DNA of 63,042 nucleotides from Desulfobacterales bacterium (lineage in GTDB: Bacteria > Desulfobacterota > Desulfobacteria > Desulfobacterales > 4572-123): NCBI GenBank assembly GCA_029939715.1, contig JAOZSJ010000006.1, positions 1 through 63,042 on the forward strand, given 5' to 3'. The notes below the pieces were generated by a model. That model was given only the letters and a program-made list of their open reading frames with translations. It was not told the origin of the DNA and did no database searches. This document shows, piece after piece, positions 9,904-19,056 of this stretch. How positions within the stretch are numbered: position 1 is the stretch's first letter; the number at the start of each line of letters is the position of its first letter. Both the position numbers and the translations under genes were made by a program.

Positions 9904-12768
9904 ATGAATAAAAAGCCCGACATAAATGAATATATACGCTCCCTTGCAGAATCAAAAAGACTGGGCGGCCAGGTGGCGTTTCATACGGTGCTGGATAAAG
10001 CACCGGCAGTTTTTGGGCAAACTGAAAAACCATGGCCTGCTCAGATCGAAAAAGCACTTGCGGCCGCCGGCATAGGTGAACTTTACAGGCACCAGGTAAA
10101 AGCCGTGGACCACGTGCGATCCGGCCGGCATGTTGTTGTGGCAACGCCCACGGCCAGCGGCAAGACCCTGATCTACAACCTGCCGTTTATGGAAAAAGTT
10201 CTGGAGAATCCAAAGTCCCGCGCTATTTATATGTTTCCCCTCAAGGCCCTGGCCCAGGACCAGCTGCGTCTGTTTCAAGCCCTGGCTTCAGACGGCACGA
10301 TCAAGGCCGAGGCCGCAATTTATGACGGGGATACATCGGCCTGGCACCGCAAGAAGATAAGGCAGGCGCCGCCCCATGTGCTGCTTACCAATCCTGAAAT
10401 GCTCCATCTGAGTCTTCTTCCCTTTCATCATAACTGGGAAGAGCTGTTTGCAAACCTGAAGATGGTGGTGGTGGACGAGGTGCATACGTACCGCGGTGTC
10501 ATGGGATCGCACATGGCCCAGGTTTTCAGGCGGCTGCAGCGTATTTGCAAATATTACGGGGCTGATCCGACCTTTGTCTTCAGTTCCGCCACGGTGGCCA
10601 ATCCTGCTGAACTGGCAACTTCTCTCACCGGCCTTGAGGTTAAAACCATAACCCGGAGTACGGCCCCCAAGGGAAGACGCCATGTCGTTTTTATGGATTC
10701 GCTCCAGGGGCCGGCACAGACCACGATACTGCTCTTGAAGGCCGCTCTTCACCGGGGGCTGAGGACCATCGTATATACCCAGTCGCGCAAGATGGCAGAG
10801 TTGATCTCCATGTGGGTCCAGGACGGTGCCGGGGCGTTCAGCGGCAAAATCAGCGCCTATCGTGCCGGTTTTCTGCCCGAAGAACGGCGGGCCATAGAGG
10901 CCGGACTGGCCAGGGGCGATCTGCTGGCCGTGATTTCCACCAGTGCCCTGGAACTGGGTATAGATATAGGTGACCTGGATCTCTGCCTGCTGGTGGGATA
11001 CCCGGGCACCATTGTGGCAACCTGGCAGAGAGGCGGAAGGGTAGGGCGCAGCGGCCAGGATTCCGCCCTGGTCATGATGGCCGGCGAAGATGCCCTGGAC
11101 CAGTATTTCATGCACAATCCTGATGATTTCATGCAGCGTGCACCCGAGGCGGCCGTTGTGAACCCGTATAATCCAAAGATCCTTGAACGACACCTGGTAT
11201 GTGCGGCAGCAGAACTGCCTCTTGATATCCATGAGCCTCTGATGCAGGATCCGGCCTTTCAAAAAGCCGCTGCAATTCTTGAAAAAAATGGTGCTCTTTT
11301 AAAAAGCGGTGATGGCAGGGAGATCTATTCCAGCCGCATGAGGCCCCAGCGTCATGTGGATTTGAGAGGATCGGGCAGTCAGTTAACGATTTTTGAAACC
11401 CGTACCGGGGACAACCGGGGCAGCATCGATGCACACCGGGCCTTTCGTGAAACCCACCCCGGAGCCATTTATCTGCATAACGGAGTCACCTATATTGTGG
11501 ATGATCTTGAGCTTGCCACGGCAAGCGTGCAGGTGTCCCGCGCCAAAGTCAATTATTATACCCGGGTCAAGGCTCATAAGGATAGCGAGATCCTGGAGAT
11601 TTATGATAGAAAGACGGTGGGCGGGACCCGGTTTTATACAGGCCGGCTGAAAGTGACCGATCAGGTGACAGGTTACGACATGTGGCGGATTCGAGGTCAT
11701 ACGAAGATCAATTCTCTGCCCCTGGACCTGCCTCCACATATTTTTGAAACCGAAGGGTTGTGGTTTACCTTTCCCATGGCCATCCGGAAAGCCGTGGAGT
11801 CCAGGCAGATGCATTTTATGGGGGGCATACACGCCATTGAACATGCGGCTATCGGCATATTTCCTTTGCTGGTCATGGCCGACCGCAACGACCTGGGAGG
11901 CATATCCATGGTATATCATCCCCAGGTTGACAGTGCCGCCGTTTTTATTCACGACTCGGTTCCCGGGGGAGCCGGATTGACGCGGCAGGCCTTTGACAGG
12001 GCTGCGGACCTGCTGGCCTGTACACTGAAAATTATCCGTTCCTGTCCCTGTGAAACCGGATGCCCCTCCTGTGTGCATTCACCTAAATGCGGTTCGGGCA
12101 ACCGGCCCATTGACAAGGGGTCTGCTGCTTTTCTGCTGGAGATGCTGATCAATGGAAAGGCCCCTGAAAAATCTTCCGGCAGGATATCTTCTTTTAAAAA
12201 ATCTGTTGCCTCCCCTGAGCCGGTCAGATTCCCCGGTACCCGTTTCGGGGTCCTTGATATCGAAACCCAGCTTTCCGCACAGGAGGTGGGCGGGTGGCAC
12301 CGGGCAGGCCAGATGAAGGTAAGCTGTGCAGTTGTCTTTGATGCAAAGGAAGATAAATTCGTAGCGTTTAAGGAAAGCAGGATGCAGGCCATGATCCAGT
12401 ATCTTCAAACTTTTGATCATGTGGTGGGGTTTAACATCAAACGCTTTGATTACCTGGTGCTTTCCGGGTATTCGGATTTTAACTTTAAGGCACTGCCCAC
12501 CCTTGATATCCTCGAGGATATTCATAAACATCTGGGATACCGGCTTTCCCTGGACAACCTGGCCCGGGCAACCCTCGGCACCCAAAAGAGCGCCGACGGC
12601 CTGCAGGCTCTTCGCTGGTGGAAACAGGGAAAACTTGATAAAATTATTAAATACTGCACTCAGGATGTGAAGATGACCCGTGATCTTTATCTTTACGGGG
12701 TAAAAAACAGATATCTGCTGTTTAACAATAAGGCGGGCAATACGGTACGGGTGCCGGTTACATGGTAA
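9904..12768 (+). CDS. MrfA/YprA-like DEAH helicase (DUF1998) fused to C-terminal DEDD/RNase_H_2 exonuclease
   Basis: TPTASGKT, DEVH, SAT, QRGGRVGR; CPCETGCPSC cluster; C-terminal LDIET...GFNIKRFD...YCTQDV. ATG 9904 chosen because it directly follows the radical SAM stop. Confidence 0.88.
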   Translation: MNKKPDINEYIRSLAESKRLGGQVAFHTVLDKAPAVFGQTEKPWPAQIEKALAAAGIGELYRHQVKAVDHVRSGRHVVVATPTASGKTLIYNLPFMEKVLENPKSRAIYMFPLKALAQDQLRLFQALASDGTIKAEAAIYDGDTSAWHRKKIRQAPPHVLLTNPEMLHLSLLPFHHNWEELFANLKMVVVDEVHTYRGVMGSHMAQVFRRLQRICKYYGADPTFVFSSATVANPAELATSLTGLEVKTITRSTAPKGRRHVVFMDSLQGPAQTTILLLKAALHRGLRTIVYTQSRKMAELISMWVQDGAGAFSGKISAYRAGFLPEERRAIEAGLARGDLLAVISTSALELGIDIGDLDLCLLVGYPGTIVATWQRGGRVGRSGQDSALVMMAGEDALDQYFMHNPDDFMQRAPEAAVVNPYNPKILERHLVCAAAELPLDIHEPLMQDPAFQKAAAILEKNGALLKSGDGREIYSSRMRPQRHVDLRGSGSQLTIFETRTGDNRGSIDAHRAFRETHPGAIYLHNGVTYIVDDLELATASVQVSRAKVNYYTRVKAHKDSEILEIYDRKTVGGTRFYTGRLKVTDQVTGYDMWRIRGHTKINSLPLDLPPHIFETEGLWFTFPMAIRKAVESRQMHFMGGIHAIEHAAIGIFPLLVMADRNDLGGISMVYHPQVDSAAVFIHDSVPGGAGLTRQAFDRAADLLACTLKIIRSCPCETGCPSCVHSPKCGSGNRPIDKGSAAFLLEMLINGKAPEKSSGRISSFKKSVASPEPVRFPGTRFGVLDIETQLSAQEVGGWHRAGQMKVSCAVVFDAKEDKFVAFKESRMQAMIQYLQTFDHVVGFNIKRFDYLVLSGYSDFNFKALPTLDILEDIHKHLGYRLSLDNLARATLGTQKSADGLQALRWWKQGKLDKIIKYCTQDVKMTRDLYLYGVKNRYLLFNNKAGNTVRVPVTW

Positions 12769-12937
12769 AACAGGCTGAAGGTTGTTTAGGTTGAAGGCTG
12801 AAGGTAGAAGGTGAAAATAGGAAAGGGAAAAGAGGAAAGAGGGGATGAATGGATGGATGAACGGATGAATTTTGAATGGTTTGCAAATGCATGCAGGGGC
12901 TGGCCTTGTGCCTGCCCGATGGTGAAAGGAGGTTGTA

Positions 12938-13486
12938 ATGAGTAAAAAAGTTCTTGTGCCGGTGGCTGATGGTACGGAAGAGCTGGAAGCAGTGGGTATT
13001 ATAGATGTGCTTCGGCGGGCAGAAGCCGAGGTCACGGTGGCATCTGTCGGGCAGCTTCAGATTACGGCTTCCCGCGGTGTCAAATTGATTGCCGATACAT
13101 TGATTTCCGATTGCGTGGATACGCAATACGATCTGGTGGTTTTGCCCGGAGGGATTCCCGGGGCCGACAACCTGCGGGATTCCAGAGAACTGACCGGTAT
13201 TTTAAAGCGTCAAAATGAAAAGGGCAGGTTTTATGGTGCCATCTGTGCTTCACCTGCCATTATTCTGGAGCACCACGGCCTGCTTAAAGGCCGCAGGGCC
13301 ACCTGTCATCCGGCGTTTACAGATCAACTTTCCAATACCGATAAGATTAAATCAAAGGTGGTGGTGGACGGCAACTGCATTACCAGCCAAGGGGCCGGAA
13401 CGGTCATTGATTTTGCTCTGACACTGGTGGAACTGCTCTACGATAAGAAGCGCCGGGAAGCAGTGGCCGCTTCCATGGCAATATGA
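12938..13486 (+). CDS. DJ-1/PfpI (YajL/ThiJ-like) protein
   Basis: GTEELE, LPGG, nucleophile elbow AICASP, ITSQGAGT. Confidence 0.92.
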   Translation: MSKKVLVPVADGTEELEAVGIIDVLRRAEAEVTVASVGQLQITASRGVKLIADTLISDCVDTQYDLVVLPGGIPGADNLRDSRELTGILKRQNEKGRFYGAICASPAIILEHHGLLKGRRATCHPAFTDQLSNTDKIKSKVVVDGNCITSQGAGTVIDFALTLVELLYDKKRREAVAASMAI

Positions 13487-13575
13487 TTTGTTTTAAGCAG
13501 CAGGACGACCCTGTTGCTGGTTTGTATTTACGAGTGCATCATCTTTGAATTACAGGTTTTCTTGAAAGGAGTATC

Positions 13576-13767
13576 ATGGAAATCAATCAGAATTTTATAG
13601 CTCCCTGTGGCCTGTACTGCGGTGTCTGCGGTGTGCACTTTGCTACCCGGGACAACAATAAGGGATTTCTGGAAAAACTGCTGGTGGTATACCAGGGCAA
13701 AATAGCGGGACTGGATCATTTGACCATTGAAGATATCAAATGCAAAACACCGGTGGATTTGGATTAG
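13576..13767 (+). pseudogene. Truncated DUF3795-like Cys-rich protein
   Basis: APCGLYCGVC start typical of the family; ends at TAG right after EDIKC, without the downstream CxxC blocks recalled for this family. Good RBS (AAGGAG). Confidence 0.6.
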
Positions 13768-13770
13768 TAT

Positions 13771-15594
13771 CTACTGCATCTGGCTGATATCGCTCAGGCG
13801 CCGGTCATAGAGTTTTCCTATGCCGTATTCATTGCGGCGCATGAATTTTTCCTTGTCCGGTCCGATGATCTGCATTTCCGGATATAGCTTCTGGACTTTC
13901 AATGCAATGCGCATCTCCTGGGTACAGCCGGTGCTGTATGTGGCATCTTTGCCCACCCACTCGGGGGGTATTCTCATCTCCATGAGCTTGAATGCCCGGA
14001 CGATGTCTTCGTAGCTTTGAAAACGCCAGATATCGATGAGCCCGCTGCTCTGGACAATTTCCCACATGTACATGAGATCGTCTGCATCCATGCCCGGTTC
14101 GAAATGCTCCGAAGGATTGATGATAAATGTCAGGGCCGACTGTTCTTTGAGAAAGGAGACGAATACGGACATCACCTTTTTGGCGATATCCAGTTTTCCG
14201 GGAATGGAGCCTATTATGCCGCTGTAGAACATGACCGTCATGCCCTTTTCCTTGGCCTCTTCCATTCGGGCGATGATGGCGTGGGCCTTCCTGTCAAGAT
14301 CTGCATGGGAAAATTTTATCACATCAGGGTGCCTGGGCTTGAACGATATAATTACCTCTCCATCTGTATTCTTTGAGATATTAAAGATGTCCTGGGTGAA
14401 CTGAAAGCCCGTTTCAAATAAACGCCGTTTTTGAATCGGTCCCCTCGATATAACCGCATCCACCTCTTTGAAAACACGGGCGAAAGTGGTTGACGCCAGA
14501 ATAAGGTTAAGATTTTCGCTGGTGCCGTCGGATATGACCAGAATATGATGCTCGCTGCGCAGGGTTCCGGCCAGTTCGTTTTTACCTATGTTTTTATTGT
14601 CTATCAGCAGGGCTTCGGCCAGTTCTGAATTTAATACCGGATCTTCCTGGGCATCGAAAAAGTCAGCTTTGGTAAAAAGAGGTCCCTCCTTGAAGGCGAT
14701 GATGATTTTGTACCCCAATTTTGTCAGGAAGCGGATAATCTTCAGGTCAAAGATAATTTCACCTGATTCGTCGGCAAGCCAGAGTATTTTCCGGTTCTCG
14801 CTGGATTCGTTTTGATGCGTACAACCAGAAACGTCCATGAAATCGAACAGAGGTTTTACGCCGTTGCCGGTTATCGGCTTATTAAAAATGTTCAGGTATT
14901 TTTTTTCCGGGTAATCCTTTGCAGCGTCCGATTGCCAGAGTGCAGGGTGCCCTAAAAGAGCGAGACGCCGGGAAAGTTCGATTCTTTCAATATGGTTTTT
15001 AATTGCCGGCAGAGAGGCGGGCACCGGTTCAAGGCGGGACCAGTCAATATAATTGAGGGCATGGTTAAATGTCTTGGAGTTCAGAACCGCACGGGCATTC
15101 TTGTTGCGAAATATTTTTTCCTGTCGAAAAGGGTCTTCGATCTGGGTACGTTTTAAAAAAATGCCCAGCAAACGCTTCTGAACTCTTGACGGGATCATGA
15201 TTTCATCCCTGGTTTCATGGTGGTACTTGATAAGAATCAGGGATTTTAAGTACTCTTTTTCTGTTTCATCTTCGATCTTTCGGTTGATGAGATCGACGAT
15301 CGTTTCGAGCCCCAGGGTATATTTCTTTTGTAGATAGGTCGACGGCCTGCGGGCCATTATGGCTTCATAGGTCTGATCCGAACATGGGTAGTATCGGCTG
15401 TTTTTATCGCAGTAGACCATGAATCTTATCTGTTCGGGTGTGGAGGCATGGTCGGGAAAAGAGAAATAGTCCAGATGGTTTTCAATGAAAAAGGCGGTCT
15501 GCCATGCCTCGGACTCGGCGTTTTTGGCATGCCGAAGGTTCCGTGGCCGTGAAGTTTCAGGGATACCGGTTTTATCGGGTTTGTCTGTTGTCAT
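13771..15594 (-). CDS. DUF89/ARMT1-like phosphatase-fold protein with extra C-terminal domain
   Basis: WLADESGEIIFD resembles the DUF89 DNxGE motif; C-terminal FYSGIIGS...IINP...STGCTQE resembles NDT/DUF4406-like domains. Confidence 0.6.
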   Translation of the reverse strand: MTTDKPDKTGIPETSRPRNLRHAKNAESEAWQTAFFIENHLDYFSFPDHASTPEQIRFMVYCDKNSRYYPCSDQTYEAIMARRPSTYLQKKYTLGLETIVDLINRKIEDETEKEYLKSLILIKYHHETRDEIMIPSRVQKRLLGIFLKRTQIEDPFRQEKIFRNKNARAVLNSKTFNHALNYIDWSRLEPVPASLPAIKNHIERIELSRRLALLGHPALWQSDAAKDYPEKKYLNIFNKPITGNGVKPLFDFMDVSGCTHQNESSENRKILWLADESGEIIFDLKIIRFLTKLGYKIIIAFKEGPLFTKADFFDAQEDPVLNSELAEALLIDNKNIGKNELAGTLRSEHHILVISDGTSENLNLILASTTFARVFKEVDAVISRGPIQKRRLFETGFQFTQDIFNISKNTDGEVIISFKPRHPDVIKFSHADLDRKAHAIIARMEEAKEKGMTVMFYSGIIGSIPGKLDIAKKVMSVFVSFLKEQSALTFIINPSEHFEPGMDADDLMYMWEIVQSSGLIDIWRFQSYEDIVRAFKLMEMRIPPEWVGKDATYSTGCTQEMRIALKVQKLYPEMQIIGPDKEKFMRRNEYGIGKLYDRRLSDISQMQ

Positions 15595-15603
15595 TTTCTC
15601 TCC

Positions 15604-16470
15604 TTAATAACAATCCTTTCCGGCTGCACGTATATGGGCCGGAACCTGCATGAGTTCAGTGACCACCAGGTCGGCGGAAAGGCCGTGACATTCTATGTGG
15701 CCCGGCCTGAGGCGCAGTGACCTTGCATCCCCGGCAAACAGGGCGGTTTTCATGCCGGCCCGGGCCGCGGGGCAGATGTCGTTGAGCATGTCATTGCCGA
15801 CATAGAGTGTTGCACCGGGGGCTATTTTTTTGCGCTCCAGAGATTTAAGTGCCCGGTTGAAGATTGTTCGTGACGGTTTGGCACAGCCGATATCACAGGA
15901 AAAAAATGTCAGGTCCTTTTCAAACCCGAGATGTTCCATGCTTGATCCGAGCAGCCATTCAAACAGAAATGGAGTATAAAACTGGGCATTGGAAATGATG
16001 CCCGTCAGGATATTCATCTGCTTTAGTTCTCCCAGCATTTTTGCAAGGTCCGGCATGGGATAAACAGGATTGACAAGCCATTCATACTCAATGGCGAAAT
16101 TTTTCACCAGGTCCGGATCACTGATGTCAAGTACCTGCATCCAGAGCTGCTCGATACGGACTTCTGGAAAATCGGCACCTTTTTTCCTGCTTTTTTCATG
16201 GTCAGCCCGGACAGCTTTCCATAAATTATCCTGCAGGCGTTCGGGGTCTTTTTTGATGTTATATTTATCCAGCAGCCCGGCCAGGCGTTTGATATTTTTG
16301 TCCTTTTTTGTACTGATGCCGATATCACCGGAGGCACTTATAAACAAAGTACCGTAAATATCAAAGAGAACACAGCAGATGCGGTCAGTGATTTTTCCCG
16401 ACGGCGATAGACTGGTGGGAATCGGTGCCAGGGGGCGGATATGGCGGGCTGTGACGCGTTTATCGGGCAT
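15604..16470 (-). CDS. HAD-superfamily hydrolase
   Basis: Motif I FDIYGTL, motif II ISNAQ, motif III KPS, motif IV VGNDMLND. Confidence 0.9.
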   Translation of the reverse strand: MPDKRVTARHIRPLAPIPTSLSPSGKITDRICCVLFDIYGTLFISASGDIGISTKKDKNIKRLAGLLDKYNIKKDPERLQDNLWKAVRADHEKSRKKGADFPEVRIEQLWMQVLDISDPDLVKNFAIEYEWLVNPVYPMPDLAKMLGELKQMNILTGIISNAQFYTPFLFEWLLGSSMEHLGFEKDLTFFSCDIGCAKPSRTIFNRALKSLERKKIAPGATLYVGNDMLNDICPAARAGMKTALFAGDARSLRLRPGHIECHGLSADLVVTELMQVPAHIRAAGKDCY

Positions 16471-17869
16471 AGTCGCTCCATTTCAGCAGGCTGAATCGAT
16501 CCGGCCGCAGAAAACAGCGTAAAAGAAGCTGTTTGTCAAGCCGGTGGCTGACAGGGTTTTCAATGATTTTTTGATACACTTTCATCAGATTGTCAGTATA
16601 GCCGGACATGCCGCAGGTGTCCAGTACAACGGCCCTGTTTTTTCGGATCAGTTCGGCTGGATTTTTTATATACCCGGGTTCGGCAAGGAAGGGATTTATG
16701 CGAATCAGTTCCCGGCGGGCCTGTTTATCCTTGATGACCCGTAAAAGAATCTGTCGCTGAAAATTTTCATCCAAAAGGCCGAAATCGATCCTGCTGCCGG
16801 CGACAGCAGCGGTGAGTGCCTGCCTGATATCGTCATCGCGTGGATGAAAATCAAACCTGCGGCAGACCATGCGAAAAACATTTTTCCAACGGATTGAAAA
16901 TGCTTCCCGGTTGATCCATTCCAGAGGGATGAAGATACCTGAATACATATGATCCAGGTTTATGCCTGCTTTTTCAAAATCACGACATATTTCCGGCAGT
17001 CTGCGGCCCCAGAGCATTTTGCCGGCGGTCCAGGGCTCCAGAAACGTAAATCCGAAACCCTCGGTGATACTGGTGGTGATCAGAAACCTTGCCCGGGAGA
17101 CCAGGTCGCTGAAATCATTTTTCTCCCCGGCTTCAAACCCGACAGCTAAACGGTGTATTTTTACAAAGCGTTTCCAGTCATTGTAACTTTCCCTGTCCAT
17201 GGGACTGTTGGGCGGCAGGGTGATTTTAAGGGATACGCCATGGGGCATGAAAAGCGACAGAAGGATGGCTTCACCGATATTCTTGCGGCGGATGGCACGA
17301 ACCGGATACAGGACATGATCGGCGGTTGCACTTTGTTTTTTTCCGGGCAGCGGCGTGATGGCGTTGAACACCCTGTGCAGGCCATGGGATTTCAGTCCGC
17401 ATTTTAACAGGATGTTGTAATCCCGTGAATTGATCACGCCGTAGTGGCAGTCCGCAGGATAAGTTTCATTATGAAAATAGGCTTGGGGGCGCCCGTCTTC
17501 GGCAAAGTCATGGATCTGCAGAAAAAGAGTTATTCCCCTGATTTGAAGTATTTTAAGAATTTTTAGAAAGTTTCTGTTTTTTGCCAGGGTGGGGTTGTGA
17601 ACATGCAGTATGTCACAGCCGCCGGGCCAGCAGTTGAAAATTGCATTAATCACGGCATCGGCTGTTTCTTCCGGATCATGCCGGATTTCTTCATTAATAT
17701 CATAGCCTATTCCGGGAATGGACCGGGTTTCAACCCTGCCGTATGATCCAGCCATTTCACCGGTGAGCAGCATCACTTCGCAGGTCGGGGAAACCGCCTT
17801 TATCTGCTGCTGCAGAACGGTGGTGACGCCGCCGGTTTTTAGATGGTAGTGGAGAAATGCAATTTTCAT
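16460..17869 (-). CDS. GT-B fold glycosyltransferase (GT4-like)
   Basis: HYHLKTGGVTTV start; LHVHN; RAIRRKNI; EX7E motif EGFGFTFLE. Confidence 0.85.
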   Translation of the reverse strand: MKIAFLHYHLKTGGVTTVLQQQIKAVSPTCEVMLLTGEMAGSYGRVETRSIPGIGYDINEEIRHDPEETADAVINAIFNCWPGGCDILHVHNPTLAKNRNFLKILKILQIRGITLFLQIHDFAEDGRPQAYFHNETYPADCHYGVINSRDYNILLKCGLKSHGLHRVFNAITPLPGKKQSATADHVLYPVRAIRRKNIGEAILLSLFMPHGVSLKITLPPNSPMDRESYNDWKRFVKIHRLAVGFEAGEKNDFSDLVSRARFLITTSITEGFGFTFLEPWTAGKMLWGRRLPEICRDFEKAGINLDHMYSGIFIPLEWINREAFSIRWKNVFRMVCRRFDFHPRDDDIRQALTAAVAGSRIDFGLLDENFQRQILLRVIKDKQARRELIRINPFLAEPGYIKNPAELIRKNRAVVLDTCGMSGYTDNLMKVYQKIIENPVSHRLDKQLLLRCFLRPDRFSLLKWSDYAR

Positions 17870-17872
17870 GAT

Positions 17873-18886
17873 CTATTCTTTTGATGCGTGGACGCGCAGC
17901 CATGCTTCAAGCCGCTCAAGACCCCGGGCAGTCGATATCTCGGGAACATAATCCAGATCCTGTTTGGCAGCGCTGATATCGAACCAGTGGGAAGTGGTCA
18001 GCTCGTTGGCCACAAATCGGGTCATCATGGGTTCGCCGTTTATTTTAAAGGTTTTGTAGAAAAATTCAAGCAGGGCGCCGGCGATCCAGGCAATTCGAAA
18101 CGGTACTTTGCGGGTGATTGGCTTTTTCCCGCCGGCAGCAAGGATGGAATTGACCATTTCCCATAAAAATATGGGTTCGTCCTGACTGATAAAATAGACC
18201 CGTCCGGAAAGATCCGGATTGCAGACCAGTTTTTCAGCGGCCAGGATATGGGCCAGGGCCGCATTATCGATGTAGATGGTATCCACTATGTTTTTACCAT
18301 TGCCGACAATACGGAGCCTGTCGGCCCGGTCCAGAATCCGGGGCACCAGGTGGTTGTCCCCCGGCCCCCATATCAGGTGCGGTCTTAAGATAATTACCTT
18401 CAAGTCTCCGGATGCAGCCGCCAGAACGGCTTTTTCGGCCAATGCCTTGGTCTTGGGGTAATGGGTGGTATGCCGGGCCGCATGGGGTACGGATTCATCA
18501 ACGCCTTTCATATCTTTGCCGTTGAAAACAACACTCGGGCTGCTGGTGTGGATCAGTCGAGACACCTTGTTTTTCAGGCAGGCGGCAATGACATTTTCAG
18601 TGCCGGTGACATTGGTATCATAATAATCGGAATATTTTCCCCAGACACCGGGAAGCGCCGCCACGTGAAAAACCAGGCCCATGCCCCGGCATGCTTTTTC
18701 CACCGCCTTTGAATTGCAGAGATCGCCTTTAATCTGATTTACCTGCAACCGGTCGAGCTCCGGATATGATTTTCTGGAAAAACTTGTCACCCGGCAGCCT
18801 TTTTTTATCAGGCGTTTTACGATGGCCTTGCCGAGAAATCCGCCTCCTCCGGTGACCAGTATATTTTCAGGTGTGGTTTGGGTCAT
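17873..18886 (-). CDS. oleD: OleD, 2-alkyl-3-oxoalkanoate reductase (3-beta-HSD-like SDR)
   Basis: TGGGGFLG, TSSPSVV, YPKTK, LRPHLIWGPGD; directly downstream of oleABC. Confidence 0.85.
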   Translation of the reverse strand: MTQTTPENILVTGGGGFLGKAIVKRLIKKGCRVTSFSRKSYPELDRLQVNQIKGDLCNSKAVEKACRGMGLVFHVAALPGVWGKYSDYYDTNVTGTENVIAACLKNKVSRLIHTSSPSVVFNGKDMKGVDESVPHAARHTTHYPKTKALAEKAVLAAASGDLKVIILRPHLIWGPGDNHLVPRILDRADRLRIVGNGKNIVDTIYIDNAALAHILAAEKLVCNPDLSGRVYFISQDEPIFLWEMVNSILAAGGKKPITRKVPFRIAWIAGALLEFFYKTFKINGEPMMTRFVANELTTSHWFDISAAKQDLDYVPEISTARGLERLEAWLRVHASKE

Positions 18887-19056
18887 TTTCCAATACCATA
18901 ATTTAATGTGTCATTTTGCCAATTTTCCGGATTATTTTGAATATATGCGCGTATTTAATTCCTTTTCATTGCGTATAATATGTTCCCAATAATTGCGTTG
19001 CCATAATTTATTATTAAATCGTTGTCATTTTTTTGACACAAATCGGACCACGTCGT

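Noticed and set aside
10288-13035. Long antisense ORFs (324, 231 and 318 aa) over the helicase and DJ-1
   Set aside because: They shadow well-supported genes and have no motifs; the HPFIHPFI/FSLS stretch is just the translated intergenic repeats.
13765-13767. Possible Sec/Pyl read-through of the DUF3795-like ORF
   Set aside because: The stop is TAG, not TGA, and the sequence beyond it is the antisense of the neighbouring gene.
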